Shown here one piece after another: positions 1 through 9,007 of a stretch of DNA of 64,000 nucleotides. The position numbers were made by a program, and so were the translations under genes. Position 1 is the stretch's first letter, and every line of letters begins with the position of its first letter. The stretch comes from an uncultured Parcubacteria group bacterium (lineage in GTDB: Bacteria; Patescibacteriota; Patescibacteriia; UBA9934; CAMTUG01): the NCBI GenBank assembly GCA_947084965.1, contig CAMTUG010000001.1:409301-473300 (forward strand), given 5' to 3'. The notes under the pieces were generated by a model. It ran no database searches. It was not told the origin of the DNA and saw only the letters and a list, made by a program, of their open reading frames with translations.

Positions 1-651
1 CTTTCTTCAATCCGTAAGCAGTCGTATCAGCCCGCAGAAATCATCGTCGCTGATGCTCACTCGACAGATCAGACCCGAGAAATCGCCATCCAATTTGGCG
101 CGCGGGTTGTTGAAGGGGGGATGCCGGGCCCTGGCCGCAATCGTGGCGCAGAGGCCGCTAAGACGGATTATATTTTGTTTTTAGATGCGGACGTGGAACT
201 ACGCGATCCAGAGATGCTTGAGCAGATGATGGGAGAGATGTTGGAACGTAATTTAGATTTGGCGACATGCGACGTTCTGCCGCTCTCCCCAAAACGCATT
301 GATCACCTGATGCACAAATTATACAACCGCTATTCGCGTCTGTTGGCTGATAGCCGTCCGCACGCCCCGGGATTTTGTCTGCTCGTCCGACGGGCGATCC
401 ATCAGCAGATCGGCGGCTTTGATGAATCCGTCGTTTTCTGCGAAGACCATGACTATGCCCAGCGCATCGCGCGCGTCGGATCGTTTGGCGTGCTTCGCGC
501 CGCCGTTCCGGTGTCTGTGCGACGACTTGATCGTGATGGCCGGGTAAATATTGCGGTTAAATACGTCCTCGCTGAAGCGTATTTGGCGACCATCGGCCCG
601 ATTAAATCTAATCTTTTTAACTATTCCTTTGGTCATACAAAGAAACGCTAG
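1..651 (+). CDS. Glycosyltransferase family 2, 5'-partial
   Basis: The reading frame is open from base 1. The translation ...AEIIVADAHSTDQTREIA...GRNRGAEAAKTDYILFLDADV shows the GT2 DxD-type motifs. The ORF track starts it at 121, but the frame continues upstream off the window. Confidence 0.7.
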   Translation, partial: LSSIRKQSYQPAEIIVADAHSTDQTREIAIQFGARVVEGGMPGPGRNRGAEAAKTDYILFLDADVELRDPEMLEQMMGEMLERNLDLATCDVLPLSPKRIDHLMHKLYNRYSRLLADSRPHAPGFCLLVRRAIHQQIGGFDESVVFCEDHDYAQRIARVGSFGVLRAAVPVSVRRLDRDGRVNIAVKYVLAEAYLATIGPIKSNLFNYSFGHTKKR

Positions 652-652
652 T

Positions 653-1822
653 ATGATTTTGCGCTTTCTGCCCGCACTTTTCCTGCTCTTGATTCCATCC
701 TTCGCTTCGGCGACAACGGCGGATCTCGGTTTCCGCAATCAAGAGGCGATTTTTTTCTCAAAAGAAACGCTTGTCGCCGGGGACACCATACGGATTTATG
801 CCACGATCACCAACTTTGGCGATGTCGATGTTTCCGGCTATGTCGCCTTTAATCAAGGGACGATCCCGATCGGCGATTCTCAAGTTATTTCTGTGCGTGC
901 CAATGGGGCCGAAGATGAAATTTACGTCGATTTTGTGGTGCCGGATTCATCATTTAATATCCGCGCAGAGATCAAAGGGACCGATCCTGAAGACAATAAC
1001 ACAGAAAATGACATCGTCATCTCAGGATTGTTTACGCCTGTTCATGATGATGATAACGATGGGATTGAAAACGATGAGGACAACTGTCCAAACACCACAA
1101 ACGCCAATCAGCGTGATAGCGATGAGGATGGTATCGGTGATGCTTGCGATGAAGACGACGACAATGATTCACTGAATGATGATGTTGAAGACGAACTCGG
1201 AACCGATCCATTAAATCGTGACTCGGACGGCGACGGCGTAGAAGATGCTGATGATTACGCCCCGACCGATAGTTCAATTACGGTCACGCCACCAACACCA
1301 ACTCCGACATCGGCCGTGGTTTCATCATCTCCGCAAGAGGCATCAGGAGAGGATGAGACAGAGAGCCAAACTTCCGTTGTTGTAACCCCAACAGAAGAAG
1401 AGATTTCGGCAAACACGAACAACGGCGCTGAAAAAACCGGCTTGCAAGTTTCACCAAAGGCGATCTTTTCCTACGAACAGACGGAATGGAATACGTTTTT
1501 CTTCCGGGCCAAGGGATACGATGGGGTTGGCTATCGCTATGATTGGGATTTTGGTGATGGGGTTTCTTCAAGCCGCAGCGAGATCGAACACACCTTCCGC
1601 ACGTTTGGTGATTACAACGTTTCACTGACCGTCACAGATCCAGACGGGATGGTTTCGCAGGACACGGCATCGGTAAGCATCTCGTTCTTTAACCTAGAAA
1701 ATCCGTTCTTGAAAATTTTGCTCGGCGGTCTGTTCGTTCTCTTCCTGATCTCGCTTGCATTTCTCGCTCAGTCGCTCAAGAAGCGTGACTATGTTCAACC
1801 CGTTTCGGATGACGTTGAATAG
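653..1822 (+). CDS. Secreted surface protein with TSP type-3-like Ca-binding Asp repeats, a Pro/Thr linker, a PKD domain and a C-terminal TM anchor
   Basis: ATG at 653 directly follows the stop of the preceding gene. There is a signal peptide (MILRFLPALFLLLIPSFASA), DxDxDG repeats (DDDNDGIENDEDNCPN..DSDEDGIGDACDEDDDND..DSDGDGVEDADD), a PTPTPT linker, a PKD-like WDFGDG...GDYNVSLTVTD segment and a C-terminal hydrophobic helix. Confidence 0.6.
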   Translation: MILRFLPALFLLLIPSFASATTADLGFRNQEAIFFSKETLVAGDTIRIYATITNFGDVDVSGYVAFNQGTIPIGDSQVISVRANGAEDEIYVDFVVPDSSFNIRAEIKGTDPEDNNTENDIVISGLFTPVHDDDNDGIENDEDNCPNTTNANQRDSDEDGIGDACDEDDDNDSLNDDVEDELGTDPLNRDSDGDGVEDADDYAPTDSSITVTPPTPTPTSAVVSSSPQEASGEDETESQTSVVVTPTEEEISANTNNGAEKTGLQVSPKAIFSYEQTEWNTFFFRAKGYDGVGYRYDWDFGDGVSSSRSEIEHTFRTFGDYNVSLTVTDPDGMVSQDTASVSISFFNLENPFLKILLGGLFVLFLISLAFLAQSLKKRDYVQPVSDDVE

Positions 1823-3422
1823 GGAAGTGAAAACGATCGCGAGCGCGGCGACGATCGTCGCTGCGTTTTCGTTTCTTTCGCGATTCGTCGGGTTCATCCG
1901 CGATCGTATTTTGGCCGGTCATTTTGGCGCTGGCGATATTTTAGATAGTTATTACGCCGCCTTCCTCGTTCCAGATACGATCTTTAATTTGCTGGTCGTT
2001 GGGGCGCTCTCTGCCAGCTTCATCCCCCTTTTTTCCAAGCATCTTCATGGATTCGGAGGGAAACAAAAAGCCTGGGATTTTACCAACAACGTCGTGACCA
2101 TCCTTGGCATAACGATTCTGATTATTTCGGCGATCCTCTTCTTTTTTACAGGCCCACTTGCCGAAATAATCGCCCCGGGCTTCAGCGTTTCGAAGCAACG
2201 TCTTGTGGCTGAGTTTACCAGAATCATGTTTATCTCCGACTTTCTTCTGGCGATCTCAGCAGTGTTTGGTTCAGTCCTTCAGGGAATGAAGCGATTTCTC
2301 GTCTATTCGTTCGCCCCGATCCTTTATAACATCGGGATCATCACCGGTGCGCTTGTCTTCACAGATTTTCTCGGTCCTGCTGGCCTCGCTTGGGGCGTGG
2401 TCTTTGGTGCGGCGATGCATTTCGTTCTCCAACTCATTGCCACGATGTCCACCGGATATCGCTACCGGTTTCTTTTTCAGCCCAAGGACGTCGAAACAAA
2501 AGAGATGGGGCGGTTGATGCTCCCGCGGACGATGGGCGTCGCCGTCAACCAGCTGAACGCCTTCGTGATGGTGATCGTTGCCTCCACGCTTGTGGCCGGG
2601 AGTGTCACAGTTTTCAACTTTGCTTATAACATTCAGTTTTTTGTCGTCGGTATTTTTGGCGTCTCATTTGCTGTAGCCGCGTTTCCAACGCTTTCTGAAT
2701 ATGCCGCGCGTGATGATCACAAGGCGTTCGTCTCTGCATTCTCAAATACCGTTCGGCAGATGCTCTATTTCATCATCCCTTCGACTGTCCTCTTTCTTCT
2801 TGTGCGGTCCCAGATCGTTCGCGTTGTTGTTGGAGCAGGGAAGTTTGGCTGGACGGAAACGATCATGACCGCTGATACGCTCGCATTCTTTACGCTATCT
2901 TTTTTTGCTCAAGGACTCGTCTTTTTGCTTGCTCGCGCCTTCTTTGCCTACCGGGATACAGCCACGCCGTTTGTAGCCGGACTCGTCAGCGCCTGCTTTA
3001 ACGTTATCGCCGCCCTTCTTTTCACCCGCGAATTCGGGGTGATGGGCCTGGCGATGGCGTTCTCGCTTTCGTCCATCGTCAACCTCGTGCTCCTCTGGCT
3101 TCCGTTGCGCCAAAAACTTGGCTCGCTCAATGAATCGGCGATCGTGCAGTCTCTTTTTACGATCTCGATCGCCGCGATCGTGCAGGGGGTTGTGACTCAG
3201 GGACTAAAGGTGGCTCTCGGTTCACTCTTTACCTTGGATACGTTCACGAGCGTCTTTTTCCATGGATTTATCGCCGGGGGGATCGGCCTTCTTGTCTATC
3301 TCGGTATTACGCTCGCCTTAAAATCGCCGGAAGCGATCACCTTTATCGGTTCCATCCGCCGCCACATGCTCCGCTCGTTCGAGCCGTCTGAAGCGGGCGG
3401 AAAGGATCAGTCGATTCTGTAA
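1809..3422 (+). CDS. murJ: Lipid II flippase MurJ (MviN)
   Basis: The protein has the MurJ N-terminal signature ...FLSRFVGFIRDRILAGHFGAGDILDSYYAAFLVPDTIFNLL..., is multi-TM and about 540 aa. Alternative in-frame starts are at 1755 and 1791; 1809 avoids overlap with the upstream gene. Confidence 0.8.
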   Translation: MTLNREVKTIASAATIVAAFSFLSRFVGFIRDRILAGHFGAGDILDSYYAAFLVPDTIFNLLVVGALSASFIPLFSKHLHGFGGKQKAWDFTNNVVTILGITILIISAILFFFTGPLAEIIAPGFSVSKQRLVAEFTRIMFISDFLLAISAVFGSVLQGMKRFLVYSFAPILYNIGIITGALVFTDFLGPAGLAWGVVFGAAMHFVLQLIATMSTGYRYRFLFQPKDVETKEMGRLMLPRTMGVAVNQLNAFVMVIVASTLVAGSVTVFNFAYNIQFFVVGIFGVSFAVAAFPTLSEYAARDDHKAFVSAFSNTVRQMLYFIIPSTVLFLLVRSQIVRVVVGAGKFGWTETIMTADTLAFFTLSFFAQGLVFLLARAFFAYRDTATPFVAGLVSACFNVIAALLFTREFGVMGLAMAFSLSSIVNLVLLWLPLRQKLGSLNESAIVQSLFTISIAAIVQGVVTQGLKVALGSLFTLDTFTSVFFHGFIAGGIGLLVYLGITLALKSPEAITFIGSIRRHMLRSFEPSEAGGKDQSIL

Positions 3423-3481
3423 AAGATTTAAGGTACAACCATATTGAAAACCATTCACTTGTCGGGTAAGATGCCTGCATT

Positions 3482-5338
3482 ATGAATGCCCACGAAATCC
3501 GCCAGAAATATCTCGAGTTCTTCAAAGCTCACGGCCACGTGATCGTACCGTCGTCGCCGCTTGTGCCGGAAAACGACCCTTCAACGCTTTTTACTGGCTC
3601 AGGGATGCAGCCGATGGTCCCGTATCTGCTTGGGGAAACCCACCCTCAAGGCAAACGTTTAGTTGATTCCCAGAAGTGCTTCCGTTCGCAAGATATTGAA
3701 GAAGTGGGCGATAATCGTCACACCACGTTCTTTGAAATGCTCGGCAACTGGTCGCTCGGGGATTATTTCAAGACAGAGCAGATCGCCTGGATGTTTGAAT
3801 TTTTGACCAAGGTCGTTGGGCTCGATCCCAAGCGTCTGTACGTCACCGTTTTTCAAGGTAACGACGCGATCGGCATTCCGCGTGATGATGAATCGATCAA
3901 ATTGTGGCAGGAACAGTTCGCAACCGTTGGTATCGACGCTCAGGTCGGTGAAAGAATTTTCCTCTATCCAGAAAAGAAAAACTGGTGGTCGCGAGCGGGA
4001 ACACCGGACAAAATGCCCGTGGGTGAACCGGGCGGACCTGACTCAGAAATGTTCTGGGATTTTGGCGCTGACCTGAAGCTTCACGAGAACTCACCGTTCG
4101 CGGCCGAAGCCTGCCACGTGAACTGCGACTGTGGCCGCTACATGGAGATCGGCAATAACGTCTTCATGCAGTACAAAAAAACGGCCGATGGATTTGAGCA
4201 GCTTCCTCAAAAGAACGTTGACTTCGGCGGGGGATTAGAACGCATCGCTGCGGCCGCCATCGGCAGTTCAGACATGTTCATGATTGAGCTCTTTACTGGT
4301 GCTCGTCAGGCATTAGAAGTTGTCACTGGCAAGGCGTACGTCTCAGATTCTGCTGATGCCTATGCCATGCGCGTCATTCTGGATCACCTTCGCGGTGCCA
4401 CATTCTTGATTACAGATGGAATCCTCCCTTCAAATAAGGATCAGGGCTACTTCGTGCGCCGTTTGATCCGTCGTTCTGTGCGATTTGCCCATAAACTCGG
4501 AGTCAAAGAGAACTTCTGCGCTAAAATCGCCGAGGCGTATATTGAAACGTATAAAGACGTGTATCCAGAGCTGCATGACCGACGCGACGTGGTCTTGGCT
4601 GAGTTTGTCCGCGAAGAAGAAAAGTTCCGTGCCTCGCTTGAAAAGGGTTTGCGTGAATTTGAAAAGATCTTTGCAACAAACAGTGCTGTCAGTGGCGTTG
4701 ATGCTTTCAACCTGTATCAATCCTACGGCTTCCCGTGGGAACTGACCGAAGAACTCGCGCGGGAAAAAGGACAGGCCGTCGATAAATCGATCTTCGAATC
4801 TGAATTCAAAAAGCACCAGGATCTGTCGCGTACTGGATCAGAAAAGAAATTTGCCGGCGGGCTCGCTGATCACTCGGAACAATCAACGAAGTATCACACC
4901 GCTACGCATCTGCTGCACCAAGCGCTGCGTACGGTGCTCGGAACCCACGTTGAACAACGGGGAAGCAACATCACTCAAGAACGTCTCCGTTTCGATTTTT
5001 CGCACGGCGACAAGATGACCGACGAGCAGATTAAAGAGGTCGAGGCGATCGTCAACGAACAGATCAAAAAGGATTTGCCCGTACACTTTGAATTGTTGAC
5101 CGTCGACGAAGCCAAGGCTAAAGGGGCGATCGGACTGTTTGAGGATAAGTACGCCGCCCTGGGGGATAAGATTAAGGTCTACTTTGTCGGCGATGCCACG
5201 ACAGGGGTCTACTCCAGCGAGATTTGCGGCGGTCCGCACGTTGAAAAGACAGGGAAAATGGGGGTTTTCCGCATTACCAAGGAAGAGGCTTCCTCTGCTG
5301 GGGTTCGCCGAATTAAAGCCACCCTATCCGACATTTGA
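3482..5338 (+). CDS. alaS: Alanine--tRNA ligase, short form lacking the C-Ala domain
   Basis: N-terminus MNAHEIRQKYLEFFKAHGHVIVPSSPLVPENDPSTLFTGSGMQ is the class II AlaRS catalytic core. The editing-domain motif HTATHLL...CGGPHV is present. The protein is only 618 aa. Confidence 0.85.
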   Translation: MNAHEIRQKYLEFFKAHGHVIVPSSPLVPENDPSTLFTGSGMQPMVPYLLGETHPQGKRLVDSQKCFRSQDIEEVGDNRHTTFFEMLGNWSLGDYFKTEQIAWMFEFLTKVVGLDPKRLYVTVFQGNDAIGIPRDDESIKLWQEQFATVGIDAQVGERIFLYPEKKNWWSRAGTPDKMPVGEPGGPDSEMFWDFGADLKLHENSPFAAEACHVNCDCGRYMEIGNNVFMQYKKTADGFEQLPQKNVDFGGGLERIAAAAIGSSDMFMIELFTGARQALEVVTGKAYVSDSADAYAMRVILDHLRGATFLITDGILPSNKDQGYFVRRLIRRSVRFAHKLGVKENFCAKIAEAYIETYKDVYPELHDRRDVVLAEFVREEEKFRASLEKGLREFEKIFATNSAVSGVDAFNLYQSYGFPWELTEELAREKGQAVDKSIFESEFKKHQDLSRTGSEKKFAGGLADHSEQSTKYHTATHLLHQALRTVLGTHVEQRGSNITQERLRFDFSHGDKMTDEQIKEVEAIVNEQIKKDLPVHFELLTVDEAKAKGAIGLFEDKYAALGDKIKVYFVGDATTGVYSSEICGGPHVEKTGKMGVFRITKEEASSAGVRRIKATLSDI

Positions 5339-5378
5339 CACAATTAAGCCGTTTCGTTAAGATACCGGCGCATTTCAC

Positions 5379-5606
5379 ATGACAGGTCAATCAGATTCCA
5401 AACAGTTTATCGAGCTCGAAGGGGAGGTCCTAGAACTCCTCCCTTCTGCGGCTATGAAGATCCAGCTCGACAACGGGCAGATCATTACTGGTCACCTCTC
5501 TGGCAAGATGCGTTTGCATCGCATTAAGGTGTTACCCGGGGATCATGTCAAAGTGGAGATGTCCCCGTACGATCTGACCAAAGGCCGCGTAACCTACCGC
5601 AAGTAA
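5379..5606 (+). CDS. infA: Translation initiation factor IF-1
   Basis: 75 aa with the S1-like IF-1 sequence ...[54 protein letters not shown]. Confidence 0.9.
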   Translation: MTGQSDSKQFIELEGEVLELLPSAAMKIQLDNGQIITGHLSGKMRLHRIKVLPGDHVKVEMSPYDLTKGRVTYRK

Positions 5607-5612
5607 CACAGT

Positions 5613-5726
5613 ATGAAAGTTCGATCCTCTGTCAAAAAAATTTGTCGCGATTGCAAAGTGCTCCGTCGCAAGGGGCGCGTCTGTGTTGTGTGCAAAACCG
5701 TGAAGCATAAACAGCGTCAAGGATAA
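5613..5726 (+). CDS. rpmJ: 50S ribosomal protein L36
   Basis: A 37-aa ORF not in the supplied track (below its 60-aa cutoff): [37 protein letters not shown], a zinc-ribbon L36. It sits at the canonical infA-rpmJ-rpsM position. Confidence 0.85.
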   Translation: MKVRSSVKKICRDCKVLRRKGRVCVVCKTVKHKQRQG

Positions 5727-5727
5727 T

Positions 5728-6114
5728 ATGGCACGTATTGCAGGTGTAACCATTCCCGTCAACAAACAGGTCGGCATCGCCCTGACGTATATTTACGGCG
5801 TTGGAGATACACGCGCCGCGCAGGTGCTGAAGACTGCCGGAGTGGACCCAACCATCCGCGTCACGGACCTTTCTGAAGAACAGGTTAACGCTGTCCGTGA
5901 TTTAATTGAAAAGTCCTACCGCGTCGAAGGTGAATTGCGCCGCGACGTGCAGTCGAACATCAAGCGCTTGAAGGAAATCGGCGCCTACCGCGGAACACGT
6001 CACGCCAAGCGTTTGCCGGCACGTGGTCAGCGCACCAAAACAAATTCCCGCACCGTGCGTGGCAACGTCCGTAAGACGCAGCGCTCAGGTCGTCGTATTC
6101 TGACCAAGACCTAA
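5728..6114 (+). CDS. rpsM: 30S ribosomal protein S13
   Basis: MARIAGVTIPVNKQVGIALTYIYGVG... is the typical S13 N-terminus. Confidence 0.9.
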   Translation: MARIAGVTIPVNKQVGIALTYIYGVGDTRAAQVLKTAGVDPTIRVTDLSEEQVNAVRDLIEKSYRVEGELRRDVQSNIKRLKEIGAYRGTRHAKRLPARGQRTKTNSRTVRGNVRKTQRSGRRILTKT

Positions 6115-6115
6115 T

Positions 6116-6568
6116 ATGGATGAAGTGATTGACAAAAAGCCGGTTGAAGCCACCGCAGAGGTCGAAACCAAAGGGCAGCCCAAAGGAAAACGCGCCCCAG
6201 CCAAAAAGAAGGCGATGCGCAAAGTTTCCCAAGGTCGCGCTTATATTCAAGCTACCTACAACAACACGATCGTTACCTTGACGGATGCCAACGGCAACAC
6301 GTTAGGATGGGCCAGTGCCGGTAACTGCGGATTTAAAGGCCCGAAGAAGGCCACTCCGTACGCCGCGAGCACGGTCGTCAAATCCGTTGCTGAAAAGGTT
6401 GCGGAAACAGGGCTGCGCGATATCTCGGTGTTTGTTAAAGGAATTGGTCAGGGCCGCGACGGAGCGCTCCGTGCCTTGAATGCCAACGGATTCAACGTGC
6501 TTTCTGTTAAGGACCAAACCCCTGTGCCGCACAACGGCTGCCGCCTGGCCGGTCGCCGCCGCATCTAA
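6116..6568 (+). CDS. rpsK: 30S ribosomal protein S11
   Basis: ...RAYIQATYNNTIVTLTDANGNTLGWASAGNCGFKGPKKATPYAA is the S11 core. It has a Lys-rich N-terminal extension. Confidence 0.9.
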   Translation: MDEVIDKKPVEATAEVETKGQPKGKRAPAKKKAMRKVSQGRAYIQATYNNTIVTLTDANGNTLGWASAGNCGFKGPKKATPYAASTVVKSVAEKVAETGLRDISVFVKGIGQGRDGALRALNANGFNVLSVKDQTPVPHNGCRLAGRRRI

Positions 6569-6573
6569 AGATT

Positions 6574-7182
6574 ATGATCAAAGGAACTTGCAAACAGTGT
6601 CGTCGCGAAGGCGTGTCTCTCTGTGGACGCGATAAATGTGCGTTGAAGCGCCGTCCATTCGCGCCAGGTGTTCATGGGCCAACGGCTCGCAAGCCGCGTC
6701 TTTCTGGTTTCGGGACCCAGCTCCGCGAAAAACAGAAAGCCAAGCGCTTGTACGGAATCATGGAACGCCAGTTCCGCAACTATTTTGAAAAGGCGACCCA
6801 GAAAAAGGGTGATACCGGTGTTTTCTTAGTGCAACAGCTTGAAATGCGTCTTGACAACGTCGTCTACCGCTTGGGCTTTGCCATGACGCGCAGCCAAGCG
6901 CGTCAGATGGTCAGCCACGGGTTTTTCGATGTCAATGGGAAGAAAGTGGATATCCCATCGTATCACTGCTCGATTGGTGAGGTGATCAGCGTTCGTGAAA
7001 GCAAGAAAGCCAAGGGCTTGATGCCTTCGGTTGCTGAACGCTTGGCCAAGCACGAAGTGGCCAACTGGTTGACGCTCGAACCGGCCAAACTTTCTGGCAA
7101 GATTCTCGGCATGCCGGAAGGCGCCGATCTTGCATCCGTGTTTGATCCAAAACTTATTGTCGAATTCTACTCACGTACATAA
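6574..7182 (+). CDS. rpsD: 30S ribosomal protein S4
   Basis: MIKGTCKQCRREGVSLCGRDKCALKRRPFAPGVHG... shows the S4 zinc-finger N-terminus and S4 domain. Confidence 0.9.
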   Translation: MIKGTCKQCRREGVSLCGRDKCALKRRPFAPGVHGPTARKPRLSGFGTQLREKQKAKRLYGIMERQFRNYFEKATQKKGDTGVFLVQQLEMRLDNVVYRLGFAMTRSQARQMVSHGFFDVNGKKVDIPSYHCSIGEVISVRESKKAKGLMPSVAERLAKHEVANWLTLEPAKLSGKILGMPEGADLASVFDPKLIVEFYSRT

Positions 7183-7185
7183 CGT

Positions 7186-7875
7186 ATGGAACACATTTTG
7201 CTTCCATCCAACTTTCGGTTCGAAGAGGGGGCGACCGACCGTGAGGCCACGCTGGTCATTGAGCCGTTGTATTACGGCTACGGACGCACTATCGGAAACG
7301 CGCTCCGCCGCGTGATGTTATCGTCCTTGAACGGCGCCGCTGTGACGGCTGTTAAAATCAAGGGCGTGCCGCATGAATTCACCGCCATCCCTGGCGTGAT
7401 GGAAGATGCTGTGGAAGTGATCTTGAACCTGAAAGGTCTTCGCTTGAAGATGCACACCGAAGAACCAGTGAAGTTGACCTTAAAGAAGAAAGGGAAGGGC
7501 GATGTGACTGGTGCCGATATCGAAGCGAACGCCGAAGTCGAAATCATCAACAAAGACATGAAAATCTGCACCCTTTCCGACACCGACTCGGAAGTGGAAA
7601 TGGAAATTGTCGTTGGTCGCGGTCGTGGCTATGTGCCGACCGAAGAACGTGACCCTTCTGGTGAAATCGGTTTGATCGCTGTCGACGCCATGTACTCGCC
7701 GGTCCGCAACGTTGGGATCAAGGTGGAAATGACCCGTGTCGGCGAAATCACTAACTACGACAAGTTGGTCATGCCGATCGAAACCGATGGAACGATCACT
7801 CCAGCAGAGGCGGTCAAACAATCGCTGGCCATCCTCTTGGAACACTTTAATCTGATCGATCAGAATCTTGGCTAA
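7186..7875 (+). CDS. rpoA: DNA-directed RNA polymerase alpha subunit, NTD only (229 aa)
   Basis: ...LVIEPLYYGYGRTIGNALRRVMLSSLNGAAVTAVKIKGVPHEF is the alpha N-terminal dimerisation domain. The ORF ends before any alpha-CTD. Confidence 0.85.
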   Translation: MEHILLPSNFRFEEGATDREATLVIEPLYYGYGRTIGNALRRVMLSSLNGAAVTAVKIKGVPHEFTAIPGVMEDAVEVILNLKGLRLKMHTEEPVKLTLKKKGKGDVTGADIEANAEVEIINKDMKICTLSDTDSEVEMEIVVGRGRGYVPTEERDPSGEIGLIAVDAMYSPVRNVGIKVEMTRVGEITNYDKLVMPIETDGTITPAEAVKQSLAILLEHFNLIDQNLG

Positions 7876-7877
7876 GT

Positions 7878-8231
7878 ATGCGCCACCGCAATGCAGGAAA
7901 AGTTTTCGACCGAGTCAAAGCCCCGCGCGAGGCGATGTTAAAGTCGCTCGTCGGATCGGTTGTGATTCATGAGAAAATTCAAACAACCGAAGCGAAAGCA
8001 AAGGCGATCAAACCGTTGGTCGAAAAGTTAGTGACGCGTAGCATGGACCCATCGCTTGCTAACCGCCGCTACCTGCTTTCGTACTTCAAAGGACAGGAAT
8101 TGCCGGTCAAGAAGCTCCTCGAAGTGCTCGGACCGCGCTTTAAATCCCGCAAAGGTGGCTACTGCCGCATTACCAAAGTCGGACCGCGCAAGGGCGACGG
8201 CGGGGAAATGGCTCAGATTGAATTCGTCTAG
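7878..8231 (+). CDS. rplQ: 50S ribosomal protein L17
   Basis: MRHRNAGKVFDRVKAPREAMLKSLVGSVVIHEKIQTTEAKAKAIKPLVEKLVT matches L17. Confidence 0.9.
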   Translation: MRHRNAGKVFDRVKAPREAMLKSLVGSVVIHEKIQTTEAKAKAIKPLVEKLVTRSMDPSLANRRYLLSYFKGQELPVKKLLEVLGPRFKSRKGGYCRITKVGPRKGDGGEMAQIEFV

Positions 8232-8232
8232 T

Positions 8233-8586
8233 ATGACCATTGAACGCAAGACCATTGAAATCGACGCCACTGGCAAAGTGCCTGGTCGTTTGGCTTCCGA
8301 AATCGCTCGGTTGCTTCAGGGCAAGCACAAGGCCACCTACAGCCCGAACGTGGATATGGGCGACACCGTTATCGTCACCAACGTGGCTTTGATGAAAGTC
8401 AGTGCCAAGAAGGCGGAAGAGAAAATTTACAAACACCACAGCTTCCATCCAGGCGGACTCAAGAAGGTCAGCATGAAGGTGGTGATGGAAAAGCATCCAG
8501 AACGTGTGCTCCAGATGGCAGTCAAGAACATGTTGCCAAAGAATAAGTTGCAAACGGAGCGCATGAAGCGCCTGAAAGTTAGCTAA
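8233..8586 (+). CDS. rplM: 50S ribosomal protein L13
   Basis: In-frame ATG at 8233 inside track ORF 8056..8586. MTIERKTIEIDATGKVPGRLASEIARLLQGKHKATYSPNVDMGDTVIVTN matches L13. Confidence 0.85.
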   Translation: MTIERKTIEIDATGKVPGRLASEIARLLQGKHKATYSPNVDMGDTVIVTNVALMKVSAKKAEEKIYKHHSFHPGGLKKVSMKVVMEKHPERVLQMAVKNMLPKNKLQTERMKRLKVS

Positions 8587-8587
8587 T

Positions 8588-8995
8588 ATGGCAGAGGCAA
8601 ATTTCACCGGTAAATATACTGAAGCGGTCGGACGCCGCAAGCGCGCCATTGCTCGTGTTCGGATGTACCCAGGCAAAGGCCAGATCATCATCAACGAACG
8701 TGCGATGGAAGCATTTTTTGGTACCGCCAAGCTGCGCGAAACCGTTCGCCAGGCCCTGAAGACCGTCGGTCGTCCAGAATCCTTCGACATCTCGATCTAC
8801 GTCGTCGGTGGGGGAACCACGGGCCAGGCCGAAGCGATTCGCATGGGTATCGCCCGCTGTCTCTTGAAGGAGGACGCGGACATCAAGACCACGCTCAAGA
8901 AAGATGGACTGTTGACCCGCGACTCACGTCGCCGTGAACGCAAGAAGCCAGGGAAGCTGTCAGCACGTCGTTCGCCACAGTGGTCGAAACGTTAA
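8588..8995 (+). CDS. rpsI: 30S ribosomal protein S9
   Basis: ...GKGQIIINERAMEAFFG...YVVGGGTTGQAEAIRMGIARCLL... with the basic C-terminal tail ...RRSPQWSKR. Confidence 0.9.
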   Translation: MAEANFTGKYTEAVGRRKRAIARVRMYPGKGQIIINERAMEAFFGTAKLRETVRQALKTVGRPESFDISIYVVGGGTTGQAEAIRMGIARCLLKEDADIKTTLKKDGLLTRDSRRRERKKPGKLSARRSPQWSKR

Positions 8996-9007
8996 GCATC
9001 GATTACA

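Noticed and set aside
551-652. Track start at 551 for the PKD/TSP3 protein gene
   Set aside because: It would overlap the preceding GT2 gene by 100 nt in another frame. The ATG at 653 directly after the GT2 stop gives an N-terminal signal peptide.
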